From the NCBI RefSeq assembly GCF_963921235.1, contig NC_086097.1:48176001-48240000 (forward strand): 64,000 nt of DNA. Direction: 5' to 3'. Positions within the stretch are counted from its first letter, which is position 1. Every line of letters begins with the position of its first letter. Shown here piece after piece: positions 12,840-26,699 of this stretch. The position numbers were made by a program, and so were the translations under genes. Under the pieces are notes generated by a model that was not told the origin of the DNA, ran no database searches, and saw nothing but the letters and a program-made list of their open reading frames with translations. This DNA comes from Mobula hypostoma (lineage: Eukaryota).

Positions 12840-13620
12840 ACTCTAATGTCGAAGAGGTTCGTGAGCTTCTCACAGATGTAACAATAGAAGAATTTAAGGA
12901 TATGTTTGCTGCTTTAATTAGGTGTCGTGGGCAACTCAAGGAGTGCAATCTAGATTGAGCCAAAAATTTTATGGATGGGTCAGGGTGAACAGCCTGAATA
13001 GGAGAAAGTACTTATTTATCTTGGGACTGCAATATAAAGTTGAAGTTAGGGAGTGAGTTAAGATCTGGATACGGAAATATTGTGGTGACTGAAGGCCCTC
13101 TTGTAACTTGGAAATTGGAATTCATACGTGGCACAAGAGAAACTTTTCCAGGCATAGGAAAATGATCGGTGCATTTTGGTATTGGGGGATGCAAGGGAGC
13201 TGGTTAGAGATGGGAAATGAAAGCACAGATTGCAAAAGGCAAATGGCTTTGTACATAACTTGCTCAAAGTGACATTTAAAAATGAACAAGCCCAGAGAGC
13301 AAATGTTGACAAGGTCTAATATAAGAAATGTGGTTAGCAGCATTAACAACTTTTAATTTGAGGTTTGACCTGAGTAACTGTGATGGATATTCATTTAATT
13401 TAACAAAGCACCAGCTAGAAGTTGATTCCAAATTAATGTTCACAATGGAATATCTTCAATAAGCAATCTAGTTGAATGGATTGCCGGATATCACTGAAAA
13501 TAAAGATTTACCAAAATATTTCTAAAATATAAAGTCTTTGACTTGGTGCTTCAGATAGATTGCAATTTCGGATTGCAGAGTTAATGCTGTATTCAATCCT
13601 GATTTAGAATGGGGACTTTT
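12840..13620 (+). mobile_element. Old degenerate CR1-like remnant
   Basis: Purine-rich stretch with decayed CR1-like motifs; no clean ORF. Confidence 0.3.
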
Positions 13621-15224
13621 ACACTAAGATTACTTTATTGATTGTAAAATTAAGCTTGGTGTTGCTCATGTCCTTCCGTTTTCTCTTCTGGTATTGCTGA
13701 CTCATGATGGGCATGTTTTCTTCAGAAACCAAATACCCAAGTGGCCATACCTCATGCAATAGTGTGAGAAGTCTATTGATTACGAAGGTTACATTGAGCT
13801 TTCCAGCAGATGTCACTGGCCACTGATCAAGAAGAAGAAATCTTGCCTGTTTTTCTCTCCCTAGCTTTGGGCCATGGAAACTCACTATAATGCCTCAGTA
13901 GTTTCTGTGGCTTAGATCAACAGATTTTCTCCACACCAATGATTGAAACATGGCCTACTTTGTGTGCTCATCTACAACATATGAGGGGCTCCTAATATAA
14001 TTTTGATGGAATATAAGGTTACTGAGCATGACACTTCAACTACTTAAACCGTGTTAATAATTTTAAAAAGGATTTTTTTTGAATGCGCTTGTAACTTAAA
14101 TGAGAATCCTGCAGTCACTATGACCTTTGCCGAGGGAATATTTGGTCAAGGGTATGCTACTCAGAAATCTTCTGTTGAGGATTATTTTTGTTTATTGTTG
14201 CCTCTGACATCCTGTGCTTGGTGAAAAAGTATCCCTGGTTGTACTAGCTATCCCCTTTGTAACCTATAATTGTCATGGGGCATGATATAAGAGCTTTTAG
14301 TTGGTCAGCTTCCATGTGTGGCATTAGTTTTGGTGGCAGCTTTATATTGTGCAGGATTTAATCTCTTTCTAAAGCTTTCACCAACGTACACAGGGGGCTG
14401 ACTCTTGAGTGTTTTTGCACTGATAGCTGAAATATCTTGCCGCTGTGGAAAAATAATGACAGCACAGGGCTTTGGGACCCTGAAAACTGAATAACCATGA
14501 AACAAGTTTAAGGGGATTGCTTGCAAAAGGAACAAAATAAATTAACCAGCAGCAAAGAAGTGGCATTTGCCTTTGAATCATCCCCTTAGTGGAAGCATTT
14601 TCACACTTCAGAGGGTGGCTGTGAACTACAGAACTGTGACTGATAGCTTGCAGGTTCACAGGCAATGCCACAACTGTCTAGGTCAGAGCTGTTTAAAATT
14701 TGGTCACTCTGCCCTGGCACACCAGGAAGCCCAAACATATTCTCAAAACAAGGTCTTTGTTAATGTACCTGGTGGGTTATTCATTGCTAAGGGCAAGGGT
14801 TATACTACAACAATTTATCAGTAGACATTAAGTTGTTCAGAATGCTATGAGGCTTATTTTCCCTCTGATGAGATTTTGCACAAAAGGGCTCCTTTGTGAC
14901 ATATTAATGTTTTCATTAATAAGGCTCACTAACCAAATTCTCTCCTGAGTGTTAAAGACACAGTTACTCTCAACTCTTTGATGCAGAGCTAATTATTAGT
15001 GTAAATAGATGGGTAGTTATCAGGTATGCAAGCAGCATCAGTTTGTTTTTGATAATTATTTTTATTTTTTGCATATGGATACGATTCAGGAATCAATTAT
15101 GTCTGTGAGTCAAAGCTACATGTAGATTTGTGGAAATTTAATGTCATCAGGAATGTGACTGTGGAGCTAATAAGGATAATTTGCAATTAGTCCAAGTTAG
15201 TTACTGTTTCTTTCCTGTTTACAG

Positions 15225-15731
15225 GACCCAGGATTTTCTGCATTTATTTTTGACAAGCTTCAAGTGCCTGACTCTTCAAAACGAAGTCGAAATGAAAGTG
15301 AGAGCAGATGTGAGATTTGTGCAACCCACCTAAATCAGCTGCGAAAGGAAGCCATTCAGATGGTCCATAATCTTGACCAGGAATCCAGTCAGGACATACC
15401 TGAGTTGCCACACTGTTCCAACGCCATTTCTTCGAGCAATGCTTCCCAAAATGTGCTCACGCTTTCCTCACAAAGAGATTGGCCCTTTGTCAAAGGACAA
15501 ATGAGCAGACAGCCTGTAAAATCGGGAAATGTAATAAATGGCATGGAGAGACGGAAAGGATCTGGCTGGTCTCAGGGTACAAGCAGCCTTTCAAAGTCCA
15601 GTGTTCAAGTAACTGTTGGTTCCAGTGGTCTGAGCAGTGCTCTGAACTCAGTCACCATTCAGGCACAGCAGTACCTTGAGGGTATGTGGAGTATCTCCAG
15701 AGTCAACAACTTCCTTCCTCATGCCTATCTG
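15225..15731 (+). CDS. KIF26A: Internal coding exon (507 bp, phase 0/0) of kinesin-like protein KIF26A, N-terminal region
   Basis: Acceptor tttcctgtttacag| and donor |gtgagt. Translates DPGFSAFIFDKLQVP...RCEICATHLNQLRKEAIQMV...LNSVTIQAQQYLEGMWSISRVNNFLPHAYL, which matches the KIF26 family N-terminus as I recall it. Confidence 0.88.
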
Positions 15732-16069
15732 GTGAGTAATTTGTTGTTCAATTCTGAAGAAAACAATATCTGTAGATTTAAAGCTTGTTAATTCAAGGAT
15801 CTAGCATTTCCAAAAAAAAAGTTGGAAACAAATGAATACTTGCTTGATACTTCTCAATTTATTAAACTAAAACATATTCTGTTTCCCTCTCAGAGTTTGA
15901 GTTAGGGCAGGTGTGGAGAATGGAATAGGTATAGTGATGTTGAAGCGGATGTTATTTGTGTTGGAAAGATAAAGGGAGTAGAAACAGACACAGGATGGCC
16001 TAATTCTGTTCCTATGTCATATAGTCTTATAGATTGGACTAGTTTAACAGAAGACAGTGGCTGGAGAGA

Positions 16070-16430
16070 GATAGAACATAGGACAGAGAAATCTACAGCA
16101 TGTTACAGGCCCTTCGGCCCACAATGTTGTGCTGACCATGTAACCTACTCTACAAACTGCCTAGAATTACCCTACCGCATAGCCCTCTATTTTTCTAAAC
16201 TCCATGAACCTATCTAAGAGCCTCTTAAAAGACCCTAATGTATCCACCCGCACCAGCGTCGCCGGCATTGTGTTCCATGCACTCACCACTCTCTGTGTGA
16301 AAAACCTATCTCTGTTATCCTCTCTGTACCTACTTCCAAGTACCTTAACACTATGCCCCTCCCCCCACCGAGTGTTCTGTCCTGTGGAAAAGCCTCTGGC
16401 CATCTTCACGATCAATGCCTCTCATCATCT
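16070..16430 (-). mobile_element. CR1 LINE 3' end
   Basis: GHSVKV...FFTQRVVSAWN..P...SFKRLLDRFM plus a CR1 3' UTR tail (atagaacatag on +). Confidence 0.85.
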
Positions 16431-17549
16431 CAGATGTAGAATCTATGCTAAGGAGGCAATTGAGGAACCTAGGATGGCGGCTTTGGTCATGCTAATATTT
16501 AATCAGGGAAACCTGATTTCAGATAAACAGATTGACTCAGTGTAGGGATCAGGAGTCATCCTAATCTCTGGTCATAGCCGGCTATATATACTGCCTTTCA
16601 TTGAGTAAAATATCGGAAGACACTTCACACTATCATTATCATCAATCAGATGCAGATACTGAACCACAGAGAAAAAATGAACAACAAAAATAGACTTTAT
16701 GGAGCATTGTGAAGCACTGAGTGATCTCCAGGGTTTACGTCTCTGAAGGATGGATGAATAACACAGGCCCAATTAAATTCAAGAAGGATTAAATAACCAG
16801 AACTAGACTCACATACAAGTTGTACAGGGGTCTGAAGTTAGAAAAGATAACAGGGATAAGGAGAAGGATGAATGGGATTCCATGGATGCTTAGATATGGC
16901 CAGAGGAGATTAGGATGACTCCTGACCCACTCATCCAGGGCATTCCCTCTTCTCCCCCACCCCCACTCCCACTGGGCAGAAGCCTGGAAGCGGGGACCAA
17001 CAGGCTCAATAACAGCTTCTATCCCAGTTATAAGACCTTGTATGATATGATGGATGCTTAATCTACCTCATTATGATCCTGTGCCTTATTGTTAACCTTC
17101 AATGCACTTTCTCTGTAACCGTAGCACTCCATTTTGCATTCTGTTATTGTTATACCTTGTATTACCTCAGTATATTGTTCTAATGAATTGATCTGAATTA
17201 AAAAGGTATGTGAGACAGGTTTTTCACTGTACTTCAGTGCATGAGACAATAGTAAACCAATTTACCAGTTAGGTTCTACCTGAGCATCACAATACCAATT
17301 CCAGAGTCCATGCCTGTCCTACTCATCTTCCACGGGAACTCTCAGCATGTTTTCGTCAGTTTCAATCCTGCATATCCCTGTGTGTTTGTGGTTATTTCTC
17401 ATGTTCAACTCTTCATTAATTTGGCATTATGAAATATCTCTAATGCTCAGATCTAAACCTGCTTAATGTTGCCTAGTCTTCAGAGACTCCGCCCTGGAGC
17501 TGATCCTGCGATAAGATGGCCTAGCCTTTTTTGTATCTCTTCTGGACAG

Positions 17550-17815
17550 CCCAGTGGTGGACATAGTAGAGGTGTTGCATCCAGGTTTAATCCTGACCTC
17601 CAGTGTGAAGTTTGCAGGCTCTACTTGGTCCGATTTCCTCCCATTTCCCAAAGATCTGTGGATCAGAAGATAAAATATGTTCAAGCAGTGGAATCTAGGG
17701 GATTGCAGGGAGAATAAAATGGATTAGTGTTTGGATTAGAGTAAATGGGTGCTAGTTGTTTGGTACAGACTCGATGGGCTGAAGGGCTGGTTTCCATGTT
17801 GGATGACTCTATAAC
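17550..17815 (+). mobile_element. Degenerate V-SINE/HE1-like SINE with CR1-derived tail
   Basis: ggtttaatcctgacctcc..gaagtttgca..tttcctcccatttcccaaaga core; tail gatgggctgaagggctggtttcc. Confidence 0.55.
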
Positions 17816-18315
17816 TCATCTAAGTAGATACTGATGTAGGAACATGAGCATCTTTGTTGAGCCTTACATTCACTTGCATGGAGGTAGGAGTAGGTTATTT
17901 TAACTAATTTGTGGATATGTGTGTCGCTGGATATTCCTAATTGTCCGTGCCTTGAACCAAATGGTGAAGGTACCAGGGGCTGATGATGGAATAGGGATAT
18001 ATTTCCACGTCAAGTTGATGTATGATGTGCGGTGAAACCCAGGGATTGTGGGTTTGGAAGATGAGCCCTGTTAGGTACTTGCAGTGAGTTTTGTGCATAA
18101 TATATACTGCAGTGACTGTATGCTGATCGTGGAGGACATTCAAGGTGATGTATGGGTTATCATTCAAGCAGGCTCTTACTACGAATGAACGTTTATGGTA
18201 TTGGTTGTACTTTGTACTTCACCTCTGAAGCAACCTCTGTTGAAGTGGAAACCCACCAACATCTGGAGCTGATATGGAAGCTGAGCATAATATACAGGCA
18301 CCATATTGTTCATTT

Positions 18316-18605
18316 GTGGTGTATGGCCAAGTGGTTAGGGCATTGAGCTCACGATCTGAAGGTTGTGGGTTCGAGTCTCGGCCGGGGCAGCATATTGTGT
18401 CTTTAAGCAAGACACTTAACCACACACTGCTCCAGTCCACCCAGCTGAAAATGGGTACCGGCAAATGCTAGGGGTTAACCTCACGATAGACTGGCGACCT
18501 ATCGAGGGGGGGGGGGGAGTCTCGTACTCTCAGTCGCTTCACGCCACAGAAACCAGCATAAGCACCAGCCTGATGGGCCACAGCTCGGGACAGAATTTGA
18601 CTTTG
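18316..18605 (+). mobile_element. tRNA-derived SINE with 13-bp TSD
   Basis: Pol III A box tggccaagtgg and B box ggttcgagtc; tail tttgactttga. TSD atattgttcattt at 18303-18315 and 18606-18618. Confidence 0.88.
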
Positions 18606-18606
18606 A

Positions 18607-18676
18607 TATTGTTCATTTAGCACAAGTAACTGGGAATGGTTTTCTATTCCTAGTTACTTGTGCTAAATGAACAATA
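18607..18676. repeat. Near-perfect 70-bp palindrome (hairpin; possible tiny MITE)
   Basis: 25-bp perfect arms tattgttcatttagcacaagtaact / agttacttgtgctaaatgaacaata, plus 8 further pairs (two G-U) around a tttt loop. Confidence 0.85.
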
Positions 18677-18799
18677 CAGTGTTGTCCTTTACACACTGGT
18701 TGAATGCCTAAGTTGATTCTATCCAACTTGAGCATTTCATTGATTCTATTATGGATTTATTGTGTATGCTCACAAGAAAATGAATCTCAGGGTTGAATA

Positions 18800-18971
18800 T
18801 CATTTTTCTCAATAAATAAATGAACCAGTATAATATTTTTGTGTAAATTATTTAATTGGGTTCTCTTTATCTAGTTTTATGATTTACATGAAGATCTGAT
18901 CAGATTTTAGATCATATTTATGCAGAAATAGAGAAAATTCTGCAGGGTTCACAACCATTCTAGCACCACTG
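18800..18971. mobile_element. Isolated Tc1-like terminal fragment
   Basis: Ends gggttcacaaccattctagcaccactg|ta, a Tc1-type CAGTG terminus in reverse. Confidence 0.4.
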
Positions 18972-20934
18972 TATAGTTCTTGTCCTTATCTGGGCTACTG
19001 CCCTGGTGAGTCCAAAGCATTGATCTTTGCTCCCTCTCAGTCTTCCAACCTCCTTAGTGTTCTGCACTCCACCTTCTTTCAGGCTCTCCAGTCCTCTTAA
19101 AGATCATTTTCCATGCCTTCCTTGATCACATCTCAAACCTTCCTCATGAACCACTGCCCAAAATCTACCTCTAGAATTATTTTCCTCTCTTCCTCCCTTG
19201 TGATTGCAGGTCCTCTTCCTGTTGCCCTCACCCCCTCTGTTCCACGAGCCCTCTCCTATCTACTGTCCAACTGGATCCTTGTGTAAGAATCATTGTTGTC
19301 TTGGGGCCTTGCACAATACCTGTATGCCCCCCTCCCCGCTTTAAGTTCCAGCCGAGAATTTTGGACACTTGTGTTTGTCTCACCTGGAGCCTCACTTTCT
19401 GAAGTGCAGTACCAACTGTGGCAGGAATCCACTGTGGAAAACATCCACAAGTGATGATAGAATTTATTAATCTGTGAGCAACAGGAGCTTATGTGATAAC
19501 CAGATGATGTTGGCAAATGGGTAAGCCAGATAGCATATGCAGAGTTCTTTTGCAATTGTAGTGTCATTAGTAGACTGTGTTATATCATTAATGCAATAAA
19601 GATATTTTGGATTCCCACAGCTTCCACCATCTGTTATCATACGGGAAACTGCATGTACTATTTTTCAAACCCTCTTTTTTTTTCATGTGTAATTTTTGAT
19701 GAGAGTCTTTTTGAATATTGCAGAGCTATTCATTCTGTAAACTAACCAGACCAGTTTTACAGTTCTCTCCCTCGATTCAGCTCCCTCATGGCCCCGCTCC
19801 TTGCAATCTGCCAGCCGTACAGCTCTCTGTTCCTCCAATCTGTATGGGAGATCCCCTGACCCGAGTACAGCACGAATGCTGTTCACTCTCCACCCAAGCC
19901 CGAAAGTAAACTGAACTTGAGAAAAGCCTGGCAGGAATACGGGAATATTGCCTTCAGCTGTTTCCCTTCCACTCACACACATTCCTGGCTTGCAAATGTA
20001 TTGCTGCTCCTTAGTTGTTGCTGGGTCCGAATTATGAAACCCCTCCCTCGCAGTACGCAGTGACTCATGCATGGTCATTCCACGGTCATTGGAGGATAGA
20101 TTCTACACTCATCTGTGCTGTCAGTGACCTAACATAATCTCCTCAGTCAAATGCCTTGTATGTCTCAAGGTAGAGTTACACTTCCATAGCTGAGCTTTGG
20201 GCAGAGGTGGGAACATGTTCTTCTGATGAAAGGTATGAATGATAACTGTTTTTATTCCACAGATGCTGCCTGACCTACTGAGTAGCGCAGCATTTTCTGT
20301 TTTTATCTGTATTGTTCATGTTCTTCTTGGAGGAAATTTTGAATGTAGTGTTCAGTAACAGTAAGTAGCACATCATGTTCCCTTGTGTGAAGGCTGGGCT
20401 TAAACTGTGTCAAGCCACAGGTATTTGTGAGTTGTTTAACAATGGCATTGCACTGTCTCCCGTCATGTTTTAGTTTTACAATGGTTAACTGCTTATAATC
20501 TAATTATTTTTTGGGCCTCTTACTTTTTTAATGAGATACAAAGTCGATTGACTTCTTATACACAGAAAATATGGAGAATTTAAAGTCTTGTGTTCAGTGA
20601 GATGGAATATCATGGCCACATATAATTTGCTCTTCCCATGTTTGTGGCATTGAGGGTTTTTAGTAATGAATTTGTCCGGTGAAGACTAGTGATTTATAAT
20701 TGATGGACTTGGCAAGGTTTTTATAATGTTGTCAAAAGTTATTTCTCTCTTTGTTTATTGGGGTCCTTGTTTAAATTGGATAGTTGTTTGTGTATGGCAA
20801 CAGTGATAATAAAGGCAGTCAAGAGGATACCTATCATGTTATTGCTATAAAGAGACTCAGGAAGGAGTAGTAACTTGTAGAAGAGTCCCGCCCAAGTCTG
20901 GTGAAAAGCTTCACCCAGTCTCCATAAAAGAGGG

Positions 20935-23920
20935 GAACCATGCAGCAGAGCGGCCATCGTGGGAGCAGTTGGCGTTGGAGTGGTCTGAGTCAGAGTGGTA
21001 AGGCTTTGGCTCAACAGGGCTTCAGCGAGAACTGGCGGAGGCAAGATAAGTAGTTAAGTTGATTCCTTATTTCTTATTTCTTTTTCTTATTTAACTCTTG
21101 AGAGAACAGGGGGTATGTCTACAGAGCCAGTGTTCTGTTCTAGGTGTCAGATGTGGGATTTCCAGGAGACTACCAGCCTCCCCGATGGCCACACCTGCAC
21201 CAGGTGCATGGAGATGACCTTCGGATTGTTAGGGAAAGTGAAGAGGTGATAGACAGGAGCTACAGGGAGGTAGTCACCCCCGGGGTGACAGGAGACAGAT
21301 AAATGGTTGACTGTCAGGAGAGGGAAGGGAGAACATCAGAGAGTGGAGAGCACCCCTGTGGCTATTCCCCTCAACAATAAGTACTCCATTTTGAGTACTG
21401 TTGGGCGGGGTGGGGCGACCTACTTGGGGGAAGCAACAGCGGTTGTGCCTCTGGCACTGTGTCTGGCCCTGTGGCTCAGAAGGGAAGGGAGCTGAAGAGG
21501 ATGGCAACGGTAATAGGGGACTCAATATTTAGGGGGATGGATAGGTGAATCTGTGGACACAAAGAAGAAACACGGATGGTCGTTTACCTCAAAGCTGACA
21601 GGGTCCACAATGTTTCTGAACACATCTACCATAACCTAAAAAGGGAGGGTGAGCAGCCAGGAGTCCTGGTGCATATTGGTTTCAGTGACATAGATAAAAA
21701 AAGGGAGGAGGTCCTGAAAGCAGAATACAGGGAGTTAGGAAGGAAGCTGAGGAGCAGGACCTCAAGGGTAATAATCTTGGGATTGCTGCCTATGCCACAC
21801 AGGAATGAAGACAGGAATAGAATGGGGTGGTAGATAAATGTGCGGCTGAAGAATTGGAGCAGGGGACAGGAATTCAGATTTCTGTATAATTGGGACCTCT
21901 TCTAGGGCGGGTGTGACCTATACAAAAGGGACAGGTTGCACTTGAATCTGAGTGGGACCAATATTCCTGCTAGCAGCTGTTGGGAGCAGCTTAAAATAAT
22001 ATGGAAGGAGAAGGGAACTAGTATGATAGAGCTGAGGATGAGCCAGCAGGTTTACAAGTAGGTGATAGGCGTAACATGAGTGTAAGGAAGTACAAGCCAA
22101 TGATTGGGACAAGTGCAGGCAGAGCAAAGAGTTAAATTGTACCACGGAGGCAACATTCAAAAGGGTGAAGGATGCAGGACTGAAGGTGCTGTATTTAAAT
22201 GCATGCAGCATTCAGAACAAGGTGGACAAACTTGTGGCGCAATTAGAGATTGGTCAGTATGATGTTATGTGTATCACTGAGTCGTGGCTGAAAGAAGGCC
22301 ATAGATGGGAGCTTAATATCAAAGGATATACTTTATATCGAAAGGACAGGCAGGAAGGCAGAGATGGTGGTGTGACTCTGTTGGCAAGATATGGAATTAC
22401 ATCTTGAAAAAGAGGTGACATAGAGTCAGAGAATGTTGAATCTTTGTGGGTAGAGTTAAGAAACTGCAAAGGTGAAAAAAACGCATTATGGGAATTATAT
22501 AAAGGCCTCCAAATAGCCAAGGAGTAGGGTTGAAATTGAAAAGGGAGCTGGAAAAGGCATGTAATAAGGGCAATATCACAATTGTAATGGAGGACTTCAA
22601 TATGCAAGGGGATTGGGAAAATCAGGTTGGTGTCGGATCGCAAGAGAGGGAATTAGTTGAATGCCTATGAGATGGCTTTTTAGAGCAGTTTGTGCTTGAG
22701 CCTACTCAGGGAAAAGCTATCTTAGATTGGGCATTGTTTAATAAACCAGATCTTATTAGAGAGCTTAATATAAAGGAACCGTTAGGAGGCACTGATCATG
22801 ATATGATTGAATTCATATTGCGGTTTGAGAGGGAGAAGAATAAGTCACATGTATCAGTATCATAATGGAATAAAGAAAATTGCAGAGGCATGAGAGAGGA
22901 GCTTGCACAGTTGGATTGGAGGAGGATGCTGGCGGGGATGACAGCAGAGCAGAGGCGGCTGAAGTTTCTTGGAATAGTTCACAAGGCGCAGGATAGATAT
23001 GTCCCACAGAAGAAGAAATTCTCATGGTAGTGGTAGGCAGCTGTGGCTGACAAGGGAAGTTAAGACTGCATAAAAGCCAATGAAAGGGCATATAAGGTAG
23101 CAAAAGTGAATGGGAAGTTGGATGATTGGGAAGCTTTTAAAATCCAACAAAAGGCAACTAAAAGAGCTATAAGAAGGGAAAAGATAAAATATGAGGGCAA
23201 ACTGGCCAGTAATATAAAGAAGGATACTAAAAGGTTTTTCAGTTATATAAAGAGTAAAAGGGAAGTGAGAGTTGATATTGGACCACTGGACTTAGGAATC
23301 TTTGTGCAAGACTCACAGAAGGTTAATTTACAAGTTGAGTCTGTGGTAAAGAAGGCAAATGGCAATGTTGGCATTTATTTCAAGGGAAATAGAATAGAAA
23401 AACAAGGAGATAATGCTGAGGTTTTATAAGACACTAGTCAGGTTGCACTTGGAAAATTATCAACGGTTTTGGGCCCCATCTCACAGAAAAGATGTGTTGT
23501 CATTGGAGAGAGCCCAGAGGAGGTTCAAGATGATGATTCCGGGAATGAAGGGGTTAAGATATGGGGAGTGTTTGGCAGCATTGGGCCTGTACTCACTGGA
23601 ATTTTAAAAAATGCGGGGGGATCTCATTGAAACCTACCAAATGTTGGAAGGACTAGATAGGATGGATGTGGAGAGGATGTCCAGAACTAAAGGGCACAGC
23701 CTCAAAGTTGATAGGCAATCTTTTAGAAAAGAAATAAGGAGGAATTTCTTTAGCCAGAGAATAGTGAATCTGTGGAATGCTCTGCCACAGACTGTGGTGG
23801 AGGCCAGGTCTGTGGATTTATTTAAAGTGGAAGTTGATAGTTTCCTGATTGGTCAGGGCATCAAAGGGTGTGGCAGGGAGGCAGATGAATGGGGTTGAGT
23901 GGGATCTGGAATGAGCCATG
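20935..23920 (+). mobile_element. CR1 LINE with 5' UTR, ORF1 (SGNH esterase-like) and APE endonuclease; RT core deleted
   Basis: ORF1 remnants VIGDSI and VLVHIGFSDI..SRVIILGLLP. EN: LKVLYLNACSIQNK..CITESWL. KTLVRLHLE..FWAP and FFSQRIVNLWN follow directly after RVDIGPL. Many stops and frameshifts. Confidence 0.85.
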
Positions 23921-24084
23921 ATGCAAAGGTGGCAAAAACTCACTGTTCTTAAGACCAGGCCTATTATTTTTGATTATAAACACACAGAAGAATGGCTCTC
24001 AGCATCAAGAAATCAAACAAAGTACATCATTCAAATATTTTGTGTTACAAATGTAGCTCAGTTCGGAGTCAGTTTGGGAGCAAT

Positions 24085-25580
24085 ATTAGAATATCTTTCA
24101 AGAGGGTGAACCCTTGCAAGGCGCGAGGCCCAGATCCCAGATGTTGTACTTGGTGGGGGGCTGAAAGCCTGTGCCAGCCAGCTGGATGGAGAATGCAAGG
24201 ACACCTTCAATCTCTCACTACTGCAGTCGTAGTTCCCCATGCGCTTCAAAAGACCATCAACCACACTGGTACTCAAGAAAAGCAGGGTGAGCTGCCTAAG
24301 TGACTTTTGCCCTTTAGTGCTCACATCTGCTGTGATGAAGTGCTTTGAGAGCTTGGTCATGGCTAGAATTAACTGCTGCTTGAACTAGGGTCTGAACCCA
24401 TTGCTACAGTCGGTCTACAGCGGATGCAATCTCAATGGCTTTCCACTTGGCCTTGGACCACCAGGACAACAGCAATATCAAAGTCATGCTGCTATATATC
24501 AATTACAACTCAGTGTTCAACACTACCACTGCCCACCCCTCAGTACCAATCAACAAGTTTCTAAAACTAGGCTTCTGTAACTGGATCCTTGACTTCCTCG
24601 TTGGGAGATCACAGTCAGTGCGGATCGGTTATTACATCTTCTCATTGACAACCAACGCAGGTGGACTTCAAGGATGTGTGCTGAGCACACTGCTCTACTC
24701 TCTCTAGAATCATGACTGTATGGCTAAGCACAGCTCAACCACCATCTGTAAATTCACTCATGACATCACCGTTGGTGGCAGAATCTCAGAAGGCAAGGTG
24801 GAGCATACAGGAGTGAGACAGATCAGCAGGTTGAGCACTGTTGCAACAATAAACTTGAGTTCAATGTCAGTAAAACCAAGGAACTGATTGTGGACTTCAG
24901 GAAGTGGAAGGCGGGAGAACACACACCAGTCCTCAGTGAGGGGTCGGAAGTGGAAAAGATGAACAGCTTCACACTCCTGGGTGTCAACATCTTAGATCCT
25001 GAGCCCAATGTATTGATGTGATCATATAGAAGGTACACCAGTGCCTATACTTCATTAGAAGTTTGAGGAGATTTGATCTGTCACCAAAGACTCTAGCTAA
25101 TATCTACAGGTGTACCCTGGAGAGTATTTTGACTGGTTGCATCACCACCTGGTATAGAGGGTCCAATACACAGGACTGGGAGATAGCTCTAGAAGGTTCA
25201 GCTCCATCATGGGCACACACCCCCCCCCCACCATCGAAGACATCTTCAAGAGGTGGTGCCTCGAGAAGGTGATGACCATCATTAAGGACCCTCACTGTCT
25301 AGGACATGCCTTCTTCTCATTGCTACTGTAAGTGAGTAGATACAGAAGCCCAAAGGCGCACATTCGATGTCTTAGGAACAGCTTCTTCCCTTCTGCCATC
25401 AGATTCATGAACAGTCCATGAATACTACCTCATTGTTTTGCTCTCTTTTCGCACTAATTATTTATCTTGCGTTTCTTAGAATAACCTATAGCAATTTATT
25501 AATGTGTTGCACTGTGCTGCTGTTGCAAAACAACAAATTTCACAACGTATATCAGTGACAATAAACCTGATTCTGATTCT
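24085..25580 (+). mobile_element. Degenerate Rex1/Babar-type LINE, 3' portion
   Basis: CNWILDFL..QGCVLSTLLYSL and YRCTLESILTGCITTWY; tail aataaacctgattctgattct. Confidence 0.8.
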
Positions 25581-26206
25581 TCTTTCTGTTCAAATGCAAT
25601 AGAGCAGGCAGTCATCAACAGAAAATTATAGAGACAGTTTGGCTTCTTCACTCTGAATTTTTCATAGATTCAATTTAATGTAAATTAAACCTGCACTTGT
25701 CTAATGAGGTTTGTGTTTTAAAGTATTTACCAGTTGAAGGAATCATTACTTAAAATTATTTTTGGGATTTTAAAGTCATTTGGGTTGCTTCAATATTGCA
25801 TTTATCAAATATAATTTTTTAAAATTTGCCTTGTTGCATTGACTTGAACCTGCTGTTCTGCCAGTAATTGATATTTAATTCCCATTTGATTCTATGACTC
25901 AATGTGAGACCATTGGTTATATAAAGTGAATTTAATTCAGGGCTGAGGTAATATAAAACGAGCAGATATCACTATATGACGTAAGTATCAGCCAATAAGA
26001 ACTTGTGAAAATAGTCAGCAACAACATGTGTAGAGACTAACAAAGCTACTGGTTCTGTGGAAGATTTTTAACCTTTTGTCTATTGGTATATTTACTATAG
26101 CTCATCAACAATTTGCTTAACACTTAAGGAGAAAAAGTATGCCTGTACGTGATACAAAAGTATGCTGTATGCCTGTAGCATACAGACACAAACACTCTGT
26201 AACAAA

Positions 26207-26699
26207 CACTCCATAGCCACCTTTTTTAGGTACCTCCTGTACACTGTATAAATAACGTGGCCACTGAGTGTATGCTCATAGTCTCCTTCTGCTGTAGCCC
26301 ATCCACTTCAAGATTCAACGTGTTTTGCATTCAGAGATGCTCTTCTGCACACCAATGTTGTAACGCGTGTCTATTTGAGTTACTGTCACCTGCTGGTCTG
26401 CTTGAACCAGTCTGGCCATAATCCTCTGACCACTCTCAATAAACAAGACCCAGGGAACTGCTGCTCACTGGTGCTTATCCCCCCAGTTTTTCGCACCATT
26501 CTCTATAAACTTCAGAGACTGTTCTGTGTGAAAATCCCAAGGGATCAGCAGTTTCTGAATTACCCAACCCGCCCCGCCAAGCACTAACAACCTTTCCACA
26601 GTCAAAGTCACTTAGATCAATCATATTCCTTTCCCATTCTGATGTTTGGTGATGCATTTCATTTACCAGCAGGTACCAAACAAAACGGCCGCTTGAGTG
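26207..26699 (-). mobile_element. Non-autonomous Tc1-derived element (same family as 30649-31187)
   Basis: Degenerate termini of the cactcagtggccac type. Minus strand encodes a Tc1 N-terminal HTH-like peptide DLSDFDCGKVVSAWRGG..SETADPLGFSHRTVSEVYREWC. Confidence 0.7.

Noticed and set aside
15264..15791. 175-aa ORF as a stand-alone gene
   Set aside because: It is an internal exon. Homology begins upstream at the acceptor (15225), and the ORF tail after 15731 is intron read-through past a gtgagt donor.
18316..18392. tRNA gene
   Set aside because: A and B boxes are present, but there is no convincing acceptor stem, and the sequence continues into a SINE body with tail and TSD.
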